Shown here one piece after another: positions 7,979-17,361 of a stretch of 43,750 bases of DNA. The position numbers were made by a program, and so were the translations under genes. Each line of letters begins with the position of its first letter. Within the stretch, counting starts at the first letter, position 1. The notes under the pieces were generated by a model that ran no database searches, was not told where the DNA came from, and saw only the letters and a program-made list of their open reading frames with translations. The stretch spans positions 1 to 43,750 of IMG/VR virus record IMGVR_UViG_3300037760_000105; one strand, 5' to 3'. This stretch comes from a virus. Taxonomy: Duplodnaviria; Caudoviricetes.

Positions 7979-9488
7979 CGGGACCTCGCTCCAGTTCACA
8001 GTAAGGGTCGCCAAGGACCAGGCCGAGCAGGCGCTGAAGGCGATGACCACCGCCTTCAATCAGGCGGGCGTCGCGGCGCAGACGTCGTTTCGAGGCATGG
8101 GTGCGGCGGCGCAGGGGGCCGGAACCCAGATTGCCTCGACGGAGCGCCGGGTCTCCTCGTTCAAGGAGAGCCTGTCCCGCAGCCGAGAGGCTGCGATGTT
8201 CTTCACCTCCTCCCTTGGGGCGTTCGGGGCCGAGGGGCGGACCGCCCAGATCGCAATTAGCGGAGTAGCGGGCGCGCTCCTGGGTGGCGGCGGCGTCTTG
8301 CTGGCACTCCAAGCGGTGAATGTTGCCGCGCGGCTGTTTGCCGAAACATCCCGGGAAGAGGCGGAGGCGTCCAGGAAGGCCGCGGAGGCGGCGCGGGAGC
8401 GGGCTGCGGCCTACGCTAAGACCAGGGTCGAACTCGAGCGCCTGCGCTACACGCAGGCCGGCGGCGCGGGCGAGGTCTTTGACGCGGACCGCGCGAACCG
8501 GGAGGCCAATAAGCAGGTTGCCGAGGCGCAGCGCGTGTTCAACGAAGCGCGGGCCGCATACGATCGCGCCAAGGCAGCCATCCCGGCGGCGCGTGACCTA
8601 TCGGACGAGGACGCTAACCGGTACTACGGAAACCTGCGGAAGCTGTATGCGGGGGTGAGCTCAGCGGCCGGCGAGCTGGCGGCGGCCGAGGCTAACAGGG
8701 CGAGCGTTTCAGAGATAGGGTCCCGGCGAGCGTCCGCAGCGATTGATAGTGAGACCGCGGCCCTGGGGCGCCGTAACGACGCCCTTCAGGACGGGCTTGA
8801 CCTCCAGGCGTCTACGGTCGGGCCGGACACTCCGTATCGCTACAGCATGCAGGACGATCCGAACCAGAAGGTCTCGACGTCGTTCCTGCCGATCGACGAT
8901 GGACTCAAGGTCTCTCAGAAAGAGATCGAGAGGGGGCAGGAGAAATACAACGATCAACTCCGCGCGAGCATCGCCCTTAACCAGCAGTGGGGCGACGCGA
9001 TCGGCAGCGTGGTGGGCGCGGTCATGACCGGTCAGGCGACGGTCGGTCAGGCCATGGCGCAGGTCGGGCAGATGATCGTTAAGTCGGTGGTCCAGTCGGC
9101 CATCGCCCAGATCACGGCCAACGCTTCAACCGCTGCGTCTGGAGCCGCAGCGAGCCAGGCCGGGATCCCGGTGGTCGGCCCCGTGCTCGCGATCTCCGCC
9201 ATGGGGGCCATGCTCTCGGCAGTGATGGGGCTGATGTCCAACCTTCCGTCCGCCCGCAACGGCTGGTGGGACACGGGGTCGTATGAGGGACTGATGTGGA
9301 TTCACGCCAATGAGCGCGTGCTCAACGCGAAGGAGGCGCAGGATAGCCGGTCCGGTGGCGGCGTCGGGGGCCCGACCCTGAACGTCTACGCCTACGACGC
9401 CAAGGGCTTTGACCGCGTCCTCGGGAACCATAACTCCGCGCTCGCGCGCGAGATGCGTCAGATCCGCCGGCGGAGGCTGACGACGTGA
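7971..9488 (+). CDS. Tape measure protein (short, 505 aa)
   Basis: Ala-rich helical sequence; C-terminal 'PSARNGWWD...IHANERVL'; synteny. Confidence 0.85.
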   Translation: MASGTSLQFTVRVAKDQAEQALKAMTTAFNQAGVAAQTSFRGMGAAAQGAGTQIASTERRVSSFKESLSRSREAAMFFTSSLGAFGAEGRTAQIAISGVAGALLGGGGVLLALQAVNVAARLFAETSREEAEASRKAAEAARERAAAYAKTRVELERLRYTQAGGAGEVFDADRANREANKQVAEAQRVFNEARAAYDRAKAAIPAARDLSDEDANRYYGNLRKLYAGVSSAAGELAAAEANRASVSEIGSRRASAAIDSETAALGRRNDALQDGLDLQASTVGPDTPYRYSMQDDPNQKVSTSFLPIDDGLKVSQKEIERGQEKYNDQLRASIALNQQWGDAIGSVVGAVMTGQATVGQAMAQVGQMIVKSVVQSAIAQITANASTAASGAAASQAGIPVVGPVLAISAMGAMLSAVMGLMSNLPSARNGWWDTGSYEGLMWIHANERVLNAKEAQDSRSGGGVGGPTLNVYAYDAKGFDRVLGNHNSALAREMRQIRRRRLTT

Positions 9489-9892
9489 GCGATCTCTACT
9501 TCCCGGTTGACCTCCCCGGACTCGTGCTCGAGAGCCGCTCCACGGAGTACGGCGACAACATTCAGGAGGCTGCGTCCGGCCCGGAGTACCGGCTCAACCG
9601 CACGGCGACTCCGAGGTATCGGTACGAGTATTCGCTGCGCTTCGCCCGCGGAACCCATAGCGAATGGCAGGACCTACAGGACTTCTTTACCGACCACGGC
9701 GGCCGGCGTGAGTCGTTCCTGCTCGTGGACGGCATCGACGGCACGGAGCGCCGCGCCCGGTTCGGGGATCCGGACCTGACGCTGGAGCGGATCGTCCCCG
9801 GCATCTACTCGTGCTCGTTCGAGCTCGTGACCGTGGGCGAGACATCGAGCGGTTCGGCTCTCCCCCTCGACGACGGCGGGGGGCTCTACTAG
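9485..9892 (+). CDS. Distal tail protein, DUF2460-like
   Basis: 'QEAASGPEYR', 'LQDFF..HGGRRESFL..D', 'RARF'; follows TMP. Confidence 0.7.
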   Translation: MSDLYFPVDLPGLVLESRSTEYGDNIQEAASGPEYRLNRTATPRYRYEYSLRFARGTHSEWQDLQDFFTDHGGRRESFLLVDGIDGTERRARFGDPDLTLERIVPGIYSCSFELVTVGETSSGSALPLDDGGGLY

Positions 9893-12800
9893 TGCGAACC
9901 GTCAGCGCCAGCCTCGAGGACTTCCTCGATACCACGACCGCGGGCACGGGATCTGCCCACGTCGTCACGGTGACGCCTCGTGTCGGGTCGGTCGTGCGTT
10001 GGACCGACTACTCAACCGATCTCGTGGTCGGCGGGAACACGTACTACAGGGGCGGCGAGGGGACGACGCATCCGGTAATCCGTTGGGGCACACGCACGGA
10101 GTCGGTCGGGACGCAGATCGACCGGCTGGACATGACTCTCATGTGCGGCGAGGCTGCGCTGTTTAACGGGGTCCGCCTGCCGCTGGCGGCCACGCAGCGC
10201 GCGCTAGACGGGGCGACCGTGGTCGTGGAGCGCGTCTTTGGCGAGGACGCGATCGACGTCGCCCTCGGGACCATGCCCGTCTTCTACGGCATCGTCGCTG
10301 AGGCGCGGCCTAGCTCCACCGCGGTTGAGCTCGACATCGAGTGCGGGCTCGCGGCGCTGACGACGGAGATCCCCCGTAAGCTCTACAAGGCGGGTTGCAC
10401 GAACATCCTGTTCGATGGTCAGTGCGGGCTGAGTGAGGCGACGTACACCGTCACCGGAACCGTGGGGAGCGGCGCCACCACGACGTCCGTTCCGTCGGAC
10501 CGAACCGAGGCGAACGACTATTTCAACCTGGGCGTTATGGAGTTCTCGGGATCGACCACGACCGTGGCTCTACGGAACGTGTCGCGCGCCGTGCGATCTT
10601 ACGCGTTGAGCGGCGGAACGTTCACCCCGGACCGCGCGCTGCCCACCGCCCCCGTCAGCGGCGACACGTTCACGGTTTACCCCGGGTGCCGCAAGAACGT
10701 CACCAACCCCGACGGCTCCGACGGCGACTGTGTGGTCAAGTTCGCCTCAGACAACAGCGCCCGGTACCGCGGGTTCCCGTCCATACCGCGCAAGTCGCGT
10801 TGGATCTCCAAGACCGTCGAGATCCCGCACGGCACGCGAACGTTGAAAATGAACATCGTCGAGGACTCGGACACCTATGGCCGGCCCGTGCCGATCGTGT
10901 ACGGCAAGAACCGGGTTCGGGCCGAAGTCATCGATTCGCTAGCCGGCCCCGTCGGTATCTGGACGTCGCTGTCGGCGCTGAGCGAGGGCCCGATCGCCGG
11001 CGTAGATACGATCTACTACGACAACAAAGCAGAGCCGCTCAGCGCCGTGCACGCCACCGTGTGGACGGGGACCAGGCCCACGCAGACGATCGCCACCAAG
11101 GCCATCGGATATCCGGGCGTTGCGATCGTCGGCCAGGTCGTCGGTAGCACTACGTACGATGCGTCGCAGAACTACGAATTCGAGGTTCGGGGACTCCTCT
11201 CCGGCACCGGCGGCACGGACGATGACGCGGACCCCGCGAGCGTGATCCGGGACGTCCTAGGGTGCGACCCGACGACAGGAGAGCCGAAGGTGGACTCCGG
11301 CACGGGCGCCTCGACAGACCCCTACGGCGCGCAGTTTCCGTTCGTCGTCGATACCGACACAGGACTCGACGGCACCGCCGCCTCGTCGTATCGCCGGTAC
11401 GTCGCGCAGGCCGGCGCGTGGATCTCGCCGGTCTTTGACGACCGCGTGCAGGCGATCGACGCGCTCGACGCGGAGCTGTGCGAACCGACGAACGCGGAGC
11501 CGCTCTGGCGCTCTGACGGCACGCTCAAGATCGTGCCGCGCGCGGACACGACGGTCGGCACGTTCTCGCCCGTGACGTCGGTTCGGTACGCGCTGGACCG
11601 GGACGATCTCCTGAGCGACGGCGGCGACCCGGTGCGCCTCGAGGTTACCCCCGAGACGGACACCTACAACCTTTGCCCGGTGACGTACCGGGACCGGAAC
11701 CCGCAGGGCGCCGTGATCGACGGGACGCTCGCGTACTCGGACGCGACCGAGGAGGACCCCGACCCCGTTGACGTCGCGCTCCGCGGCGAGCGGCCCGCCG
11801 CGGAGGTTAGCTACCGCTCGATCTGTCTGCGCGACTGGGCGCTGCGGCTCTCGCGGATCCTGGCGCAGCGTCAGGTGCGGGCCCGCCAGACGATCGAGTT
11901 TGCGTTGCCGTGGCGGTTCTCGCGGCTCGAGCCCTGCGACCTCGTGACGGTGACGGACGAAGTGTTCCCGTTCTCGCTCGCCCCCTTCCAGATCCGCGAG
12001 ATCGAGGAGGACATGGAGACGGGTGTCCTCACGATCCGCGCGCAGGAGTGGGAGGGCGGAGTCAACCACGCGACGGCGCACACGACGCAGTCGAGCGATG
12101 GGTCGTTGACGCAGTGGCCGGACTACAACGCCGAGGCGCGGATCCATGAGTCGTCGATAAGCAACTGGACCGCGCGCACCATCCCGAGCGGTTCCTACGT
12201 GGCTGCCGCCTGGGGCGGAAACATCGCGGTCGCGGTAGGGCTGAGCAGCGTCTGCGCCACAAGCGCGGACGGCATCACCTGGACTTCAAGGACGATCCCG
12301 GCCGGCAGCTATCGCGCGGTCGCGTGGAACGGATCGCAGTTCGTGGCGGTCGGGGACTCCTCGGTATGCGCGACCTCGCCGGACGGGATCACCTGGACGG
12401 CGCGCACGATCCCGACCGGGAGTTATCGAGCGCTCGCGTGGAACGAAACCGTGTGGTGCGCGGTGGGCTCCGCGGGCGTTTGCGCTACGAGCCCCGATGG
12501 CGTGACGTGGACCGCCCGGACGCTGCCGGACACAGCCAGTCAGCGCGGAGCCATTGCGTGGAGCGGCGCCGTCTTCTGCACGGCTACGACGGACTACTCG
12601 GGACGGTCCGAGACTTCGCCGGACGGAATCACGTGGACCGCGAGGACAATGCCGTTCTCGATCTGGAACGGCCTTGTCTGGGACGGCGTCGTTTTCGTCG
12701 CAACCGGTTCCAGTGGGGCGTGTGCGCGGTCGGAGGACGGGGTCACGTGGGAGTCGTTGACCATCCCGACCGGCAGCGGGGGGAGCCTCGTTTACCGGGT

Positions 12801-13005
12801 CATCACGTTCGGCCCGCTGCTCGTCGCGTTCGACGGCGACACCTCTCCACCCGGACGCATCGCGTACTCGGCGGACTACGGTTCGATGTGGACGTTGACC
12901 GAGCAGCTCCTGCCGGGCGCCGGCTACTTCGGAGCCGCGACGAACGGCCGGTTCCTGATCCTCGTCGGCAGCAGCCAGTGCGCGACGTCACTCGCCGTGA
13001 GGTAG
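9892..13005 (+). CDS. Fused tail hub (DUF2163/BR0599-like), central tail-tip protein and Asp-box beta-propeller
   Basis: Likely GTG start at 9892 overlapping the upstream TAG; 'GCTNILFDGQCGL...GDTFTVYPGCRK...C..KF..N..RYRGFPSIP', 'YGRPVPIVYGKNRV', 'LSEGPIAG', 'LEPCDLVTV', then 38-aa SPDGITW repeats. Confidence 0.85.
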   Translation: MRTVSASLEDFLDTTTAGTGSAHVVTVTPRVGSVVRWTDYSTDLVVGGNTYYRGGEGTTHPVIRWGTRTESVGTQIDRLDMTLMCGEAALFNGVRLPLAATQRALDGATVVVERVFGEDAIDVALGTMPVFYGIVAEARPSSTAVELDIECGLAALTTEIPRKLYKAGCTNILFDGQCGLSEATYTVTGTVGSGATTTSVPSDRTEANDYFNLGVMEFSGSTTTVALRNVSRAVRSYALSGGTFTPDRALPTAPVSGDTFTVYPGCRKNVTNPDGSDGDCVVKFASDNSARYRGFPSIPRKSRWISKTVEIPHGTRTLKMNIVEDSDTYGRPVPIVYGKNRVRAEVIDSLAGPVGIWTSLSALSEGPIAGVDTIYYDNKAEPLSAVHATVWTGTRPTQTIATKAIGYPGVAIVGQVVGSTTYDASQNYEFEVRGLLSGTGGTDDDADPASVIRDVLGCDPTTGEPKVDSGTGASTDPYGAQFPFVVDTDTGLDGTAASSYRRYVAQAGAWISPVFDDRVQAIDALDAELCEPTNAEPLWRSDGTLKIVPRADTTVGTFSPVTSVRYALDRDDLLSDGGDPVRLEVTPETDTYNLCPVTYRDRNPQGAVIDGTLAYSDATEEDPDPVDVALRGERPAAEVSYRSICLRDWALRLSRILAQRQVRARQTIEFALPWRFSRLEPCDLVTVTDEVFPFSLAPFQIREIEEDMETGVLTIRAQEWEGGVNHATAHTTQSSDGSLTQWPDYNAEARIHESSISNWTARTIPSGSYVAAAWGGNIAVAVGLSSVCATSADGITWTSRTIPAGSYRAVAWNGSQFVAVGDSSVCATSPDGITWTARTIPTGSYRALAWNETVWCAVGSAGVCATSPDGVTWTARTLPDTASQRGAIAWSGAVFCTATTDYSGRSETSPDGITWTARTMPFSIWNGLVWDGVVFVATGSSGACARSEDGVTWESLTIPTGSGGSLVYRVITFGPLLVAFDGDTSPPGRIAYSADYGSMWTLTEQLLPGAGYFGAATNGRFLILVGSSQCATSLAVR
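12166..12750 (+). repeat. About five tandem ~114-bp (38-aa) Asp-box/BNR repeats in the tail-tip C-terminus
   Basis: Repeated 'WTARTIPxGSYRAxAWNxxxxxAVGxSxVCATSPDGITW'. Confidence 0.85.
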
Positions 13006-13012
13006 GGGACGC

Positions 13013-13468
13013 CTAGCACATCGACCCGGTGACGAGAAGCACGGTGGCGTCCAGGGTACCGTACCGCGCGTCCTCGTGCCCGGCGCCGAGGATTACGTGC
13101 CCTACCTCGTGCGGCAGCGCGCTGCACTCCGGCGAGGTGCCACGGTCGGCGCGGACGACGATGCGACGCTCGTAGATGTATGTCATGCCGCTCAACTCGC
13201 CGGGGCCCTCGATAACTTCGTCCTGGAACACGACCGACCATCCGGCCAAGTCGGCGAGCGCGCCGCCGAAGTGCCACGCTGCGGCCGCCATGGCGCCCTC
13301 AAGCTGGGCAGGGAGGTCAGGGTCCGCGAGCCACGGTGCGTCACTATGCAGGTAGACGCTCACGCCGGCCACGGTGAGGTCGGGCGGGTCGGCGATGTCG
13401 GGTGGGTCATCTTCGCCCCCGCACGCCCCCAGCGCCAGCACCAGCCCCACCGCGATCGCCGTTCTCAT
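13013..13468 (-). CDS. Lipoprotein with HExxH zinc-metallopeptidase motif
   Basis: Signal 'MRTAIAVGLVLALGA-C' (lipobox); 'ALPHEVGHVILG..H'; RBS GGAGG upstream. Confidence 0.7.
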   Translation of the reverse strand: MRTAIAVGLVLALGACGGEDDPPDIADPPDLTVAGVSVYLHSDAPWLADPDLPAQLEGAMAAAAWHFGGALADLAGWSVVFQDEVIEGPGELSGMTYIYERRIVVRADRGTSPECSALPHEVGHVILGAGHEDARYGTLDATVLLVTGSMC

Positions 13469-13755
13469 GGCGTGGCCTCCATCGACGCCTCGTAGCACAC
13501 CGGAGCCCCGGGGTCCGTCGGTCGATAACACGAGTACAGCCGCCGCGTGGTGCGCTTGTACGGCTGGAGCAGTCGGGTGTCGGGGTTCACCGCGGTCCCC
13601 TCCTCGATCTCGTCCCGGTGAACCCAGATCCGATCGCTCTGGTGCGCGCCCGCGGCCGTATCGATCTCCAGGGCGGACACCCGGGTCCGGGTCCCCGCGG
13701 GAGCAGCGCAGGCGACAGTGAGTAGCGACGCGACGGCGGCGGCAACGGTCCTCAT
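13465..13755 (-). CDS. Small lipoprotein, unknown function
   Basis: Signal 'MRTVAAAVASLLTVA-C'; stop overlaps the start of the next gene (ATGA); C-terminal Cys pair. Confidence 0.6.
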   Translation of the reverse strand: MRTVAAAVASLLTVACAAPAGTRTRVSALEIDTAAGAHQSDRIWVHRDEIEEGTAVNPDTRLLQPYKRTTRRLYSCYRPTDPGAPVCYEASMEATP

Positions 13756-13824
13756 GCCCCCGACTCTACGCCCACCGGGACGGACCGTGCGAGCGGAATC
13801 CGGAGTCCCCCGGGTGGTCGCCCC

Positions 13825-13859
13825 CTTGTGTCCTGACCCGCTGTCGGAGATGCGGAGCC
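13825..13859 (+). promoter_or_regulatory. Putative late promoter motif, copy 3 (upstream of endolysin)
   Basis: CTTG(13825)-N17-GGAGATGCGG(13846-13855)-AGCC-ATG(13860). Confidence 0.65.
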
Positions 13860-14423
13860 ATGGGCATACCGCGCCCCGCCCGCTTCGACCTCGCCATCGT
13901 CGCAACCCTTGAGCACGAGGGCGGTTCCCGCTACTCCGACCACCCCGCCGACAAGGGTGGTCCGACACGGTGGGGTATCACCGCGAAGACGCTGGGGAAC
14001 TGGAGGAAGCTAGGGCGCGCGGCGACCCCCGAAGAGGTGAAGGCGCTCGAGCGGGACGAGGCGTGCGCCATCTACCGGGCCCGCTACTGGGACGCCTGCC
14101 GGTGCGGCGAGATGGAGGACCAACTCGTCGCCGCCAAGGTGTTTGACCTCGCCGTGAACTGCGGCCCGGCCGCCGCGATTCGGATGCTTCAGAAGGCGGC
14201 GAATCGCTGTCAGCCTGCGGTGCTGGCGGTGGATGGGGCGATCGGGCCGAAGACGCTGGCGGCCGTCTCTGCCTGCCTGCCGGGTGAGCTCGTCATCGAG
14301 ATGGTCCACGTCGCGACGGAGTTCTACCTCGCGATCGTCAACCGCACCCCGTCGCAGCGGGTGTTCCTGAAGGGCTGGCTGCGGCGGGCACGGTTCCCAT
14401 ACGACACCCCGGAGGTCGCGTGA
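13860..14423 (+). CDS. Endolysin, glycoside hydrolase family 108 with peptidoglycan-binding C-terminus
   Basis: 'LEHEGG..SDHPADKGGPTRWGIT', 'FDLAVNCG', 'VDGAIGPKTL', 'FLKGWLRR'. Confidence 0.92.
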   Translation: MGIPRPARFDLAIVATLEHEGGSRYSDHPADKGGPTRWGITAKTLGNWRKLGRAATPEEVKALERDEACAIYRARYWDACRCGEMEDQLVAAKVFDLAVNCGPAAAIRMLQKAANRCQPAVLAVDGAIGPKTLAAVSACLPGELVIEMVHVATEFYLAIVNRTPSQRVFLKGWLRRARFPYDTPEVA

Positions 14424-14614
14424 CGCGCAAGCGTTCCAAGACCCCACCCCTGCGCCGGTCGATGAGCCTGCTACGCCGGCGCGTGGCGAAGCTCGAGCGG
14501 TTCCAGCGGCGCGTCGAGGGGAAGCGGCGGATCGGGTTTGAGATCGACGTGCGCGGCGACCGGATCGAGCAAGACGACCTGGACGAGGACTTCACGCCGG
14601 ACGAGGTGCCCTAG
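14420..14614 (+). CDS. Hypothetical protein (basic N-half, acidic C-half)
   Basis: GTGA-coupled to the endolysin with GGAGG RBS; abuts the next gene. Confidence 0.6.
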   Translation: MTRKRSKTPPLRRSMSLLRRRVAKLERFQRRVEGKRRIGFEIDVRGDRIEQDDLDEDFTPDEVP

Positions 14615-15699
14615 TGGTCGCCAAGACGTGGCGCTGGACGCCCGAGAGGCGAGCCGAGGTCGAGGCGGCCCTTCGCGATTCGCGAACCCGCGCTGAGGCC
14701 GCGGGGAAGCTGGGCACCACGGTGCACGGCCTCGACTCGGCGTGTGCGGTGTACGGGCTGACGCCGCGCGATCTGATGGCGCAGAGGCCGGCGTCCGGTC
14801 CGAAGAGTGCGGAGAGCTTCGGACAGACGGAGGCCGGAACCCCTGCCTGGCAGGGCTACCGACCTCGGGCCGGGTGGGTGGAGCCGGAGAGGTCCGACAA
14901 GGCGAGCGCCAAGAAGGAGGAGGCGCGCCGGGTCGCGATCCTGCCCGACACGCACGTCCCGTTCCACGACCGGGCGGCGTGGTCGGTGGCGCTGGGCGTC
15001 CTGCGCGAGTGGGCCCCGCACCGCGTCGTCATTATCGGCGACTTCATGGACACGGAGTCGGTGTCCCGCCACGGCAAGAACACCCCCGACAACGTGCGGT
15101 TGTCCGAGGAGTACCACGAGGCGAACCTGCGGCTAGACGAGGCGCAGAACGCGGCGCCTAACGCGACATGGCTCTTTCTCGAGGGCAACCACGAGAACCG
15201 GATCACCAAGTGGTGCAATGAGTTCGGTTCGATGGACGGGCTTCTAGACGTCGCCGAGGCGCTCTACATGGCGCCCCGGGACGAGGGGTATCACCGGAAC
15301 TCGTCAATGCTGCGCGGCATGGAGTGGATCCCGCTCTCCCGGCAGCCGTTCCAGATCGACGGCTGCGCGTACCTGCACGGCGTCTACGAGAACATGCACC
15401 ACGCGGCGTTCCATGCCCTGCACCTCGGTCCGGAGATCGGCTGCAAGGAGATCCGGTACGGGCACATGCACACGATTCAAAGCGCGGTCTCGCCTTCTGG
15501 CTACCACGCTCGCTGCGTTGGGTTCCTCGGCGACAAGACGCAGCGGGTGTTCCGGTACAAGCGCGGCAAGCCGGCACCGTGGATGCTCGGGCTGACGCTT
15601 CAGGAGATCGGCGGCGGGCTCGTCACGGACACGCCCCTGCACATCGTCAACGGCCGCGCCCTGTTCGGCGGGCGAGTCGTGGAAGCGAGGGCCGCATGA
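14614..15699 (+). CDS. Calcineurin-like metallophosphoesterase with N-terminal HTH-like domain
   Basis: Motifs DTH, GDFMD, GNHE, HG, GHMH in canonical order; N-terminal 'TRAEAAGKLGTTVHGL'. Confidence 0.85.
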   Translation: MVAKTWRWTPERRAEVEAALRDSRTRAEAAGKLGTTVHGLDSACAVYGLTPRDLMAQRPASGPKSAESFGQTEAGTPAWQGYRPRAGWVEPERSDKASAKKEEARRVAILPDTHVPFHDRAAWSVALGVLREWAPHRVVIIGDFMDTESVSRHGKNTPDNVRLSEEYHEANLRLDEAQNAAPNATWLFLEGNHENRITKWCNEFGSMDGLLDVAEALYMAPRDEGYHRNSSMLRGMEWIPLSRQPFQIDGCAYLHGVYENMHHAAFHALHLGPEIGCKEIRYGHMHTIQSAVSPSGYHARCVGFLGDKTQRVFRYKRGKPAPWMLGLTLQEIGGGLVTDTPLHIVNGRALFGGRVVEARAA

Positions 15700-15884
15700 C
15701 CCCCACGTCCCCCGGTCCCTATTGCCCGTGGTGCGGGTCCCGCGAGTGCGCCCTCTGTGACGTCATGCTGCAGACGGCTGACGAACGGTTCCGGGCAACC
15801 CACGAATGCACAAACGAGAAGTGCCGCCGGCGGTTCCGGTACACGCCGCCATCACGCTCAAAGGAGACCACATGCGCATCATGA
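15696..15884 (+). CDS. Small zinc-ribbon protein
   Basis: ATGA-coupled; 'CPWCGS...ECTNEKC'. Confidence 0.55.
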   Translation: MTPTSPGPYCPWCGSRECALCDVMLQTADERFRATHECTNEKCRRRFRYTPPSRSKETTCAS

Positions 15885-16279
15885 TTGCCGCCGCTGTTCT
15901 GCTCTTTGCCCTTCCTGCCGTCGCCGAGGATCCGCAGTTCGGCGCGTGTTGGGACGACGGCAAGCACTGCGTTGGTCCCCGTGTCGCTGCGCCGGCAATG
16001 GCCGTCGAGCTCAAGGACGGCAACGTCACGTGGGGTTTCATGCCGGGCGTTGGGTACGGCTGGGAGCGCAACGGACCGCGGCTCAAGTTCGGTCTCGCCG
16101 GGTTCATCTCCGTGCGCGACACGTCCGAGGGGCAGCGTATCTGCCCGGCCGTGCTCGCGAGCCTCTACCGATACGTCCACGTCGGCCCCGCCGTGCAGCT
16201 CGGCAGCGACCGTAAGTGGTTCATGCTCTTGACCCTCGGCTCTGACCTCGGCATGGCGCGCGCCACGCCGGAGAAGTGA
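15872..16279 (+). CDS. Secreted beta-strand-rich protein (possible small outer-membrane protein)
   Basis: RBS AAGGAG; signal peptide 'MRIMIAAAVLLFALPAVA-ED'; amphipathic strands such as 'PGVGYGW', 'HVGPAVQLG', 'FMLLTLG'. Confidence 0.6.
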   Translation: MRIMIAAAVLLFALPAVAEDPQFGACWDDGKHCVGPRVAAPAMAVELKDGNVTWGFMPGVGYGWERNGPRLKFGLAGFISVRDTSEGQRICPAVLASLYRYVHVGPAVQLGSDRKWFMLLTLGSDLGMARATPEK

Positions 16280-16290
16280 AAGGACACGTC

Positions 16291-16581
16291 ATGGCAACCA
16301 AGAAGACGAAGGAAGCCCGGGTGGAGATCGTCCTCCCCGACGGAACGAAGATTAGCGCCCGCGGCCCGATGGCCGAGCAGATGGCGCGGCGGCTGATGGA
16401 CCCGCAGTGGCAATACGCGCGGCTCGGGTGGCCGTGGACGACCTACGGGTCCACTACTAACGGGCCCCCGACCACGGAGGGGACGTACACGATCTCGACC
16501 ACGAACGGCACCGCGACGGCGAACGCGACCGCCGAGCAGGTCCAGTCCGCCCTCGTCGCCGGATTCGACAGCAGGCAGTGA
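16291..16581 (+). CDS. Hypothetical protein
   Basis: ATG 16291 with AAGGA RBS, in operon. Confidence 0.55.
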   Translation: MATKKTKEARVEIVLPDGTKISARGPMAEQMARRLMDPQWQYARLGWPWTTYGSTTNGPPTTEGTYTISTTNGTATANATAEQVQSALVAGFDSRQ

Positions 16582-16823
16582 AGGAGACGCTCATGGCACT
16601 CGCAACCTCCAAGAACCTCACCATCCTCGGCGCGCTGACGATCCTCGGCGCCCTCGCCCAGGCGGCGATCTCGCTCCTCGACGGCGACCCCGCCACGAAC
16701 CCGAACTGGGAAGCGACGTTCGTCGCGATCTCCGCGGGCGTGGGCATGATCCTCGGAAAGGGCGCGGCGAGCACGGGCGGCACGGTGCCGGAGACGCCCG
16801 AGGCGGAGAAGCGGGTCGGGTAA
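16578..16823 (+). CDS. Putative holin (two transmembrane segments)
   Basis: 'LTILGALTILGALAQAAISLL' and 'TFVAISAGVGMILGK', charged C-tail; 'DGDPATNPNW' linker; two possible starts (GTG 16578, ATG 16593). Confidence 0.65.
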   Translation: MKETLMALATSKNLTILGALTILGALAQAAISLLDGDPATNPNWEATFVAISAGVGMILGKGAASTGGTVPETPEAEKRVG

Positions 16824-17096
16824 ATGGAAGACCTGCTCAACGCGTGGCCGTGGTGGGTGGCGGCGGTCGTGCTCGTCGGCGTCGTCGTGGCCGGCAAGCG
16901 CTTCCCGGCGGTGAAGGGCGCGCTGTCGCCGGTGCGCGCCGCGGCCGTGGCTCGTCTGAAGCGCGTCGTGTGGCGCATGCCGAAGCTTACGGCGGTGCCG
17001 CAGCCGCTCGACCCGGAGCGCGACCCGTCCCTGCCGGACGCGGTGATCGGCACGGACGGTCCGCCGCCAGAGAACGAATCAGGAAGCGGAGGATAG
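16824..17096 (+). CDS. Single-pass membrane protein
   Basis: 'WPWWVAAVVLVGVVVAG' hydrophobic segment. Confidence 0.55.
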   Translation: MEDLLNAWPWWVAAVVLVGVVVAGKRFPAVKGALSPVRAAAVARLKRVVWRMPKLTAVPQPLDPERDPSLPDAVIGTDGPPPENESGSGG

Positions 17097-17098
17097 CT

Positions 17099-17359
17099 AT
17101 GGTCGCTCTCGCTCTCTCGCTGCTGCTGTCCGTCTCTGACGCCGACTTCCCGTCCGCCGCGCAGGACATGGCGGGACGCACCGGGTGCGCCGTGCAGGCG
17201 ATCCTGCGCTGCGACGAGGACGATGGGCGGATCGTCGTCTACCGCTGCCCCGACGCGACGGTGGGGATCTTGTGGAAGAAGACCGGCGACGACTGGCTCC
17301 CGGTCGCTCGGGTCTTCATTGCCCCAATCACGCCGATCAATGGCGAGACCGGGATCTGA
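17099..17359 (+). CDS. Small secreted hypothetical protein
   Basis: GGAGG RBS before ATG 17099; hydrophobic N-terminus 'MVALALSLLLS'. Confidence 0.5.
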   Translation: MVALALSLLLSVSDADFPSAAQDMAGRTGCAVQAILRCDEDDGRIVVYRCPDATVGILWKKTGDDWLPVARVFIAPITPINGETGI

Positions 17360-17361
17360 CC

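Noticed and set aside
12166-12750. Diversity-generating retroelement TR/VR pair in the tail-tip repeats
   Set aside because: The repeats are in-frame propeller blades, differences are not adenine-specific, and no reverse transcriptase is present.
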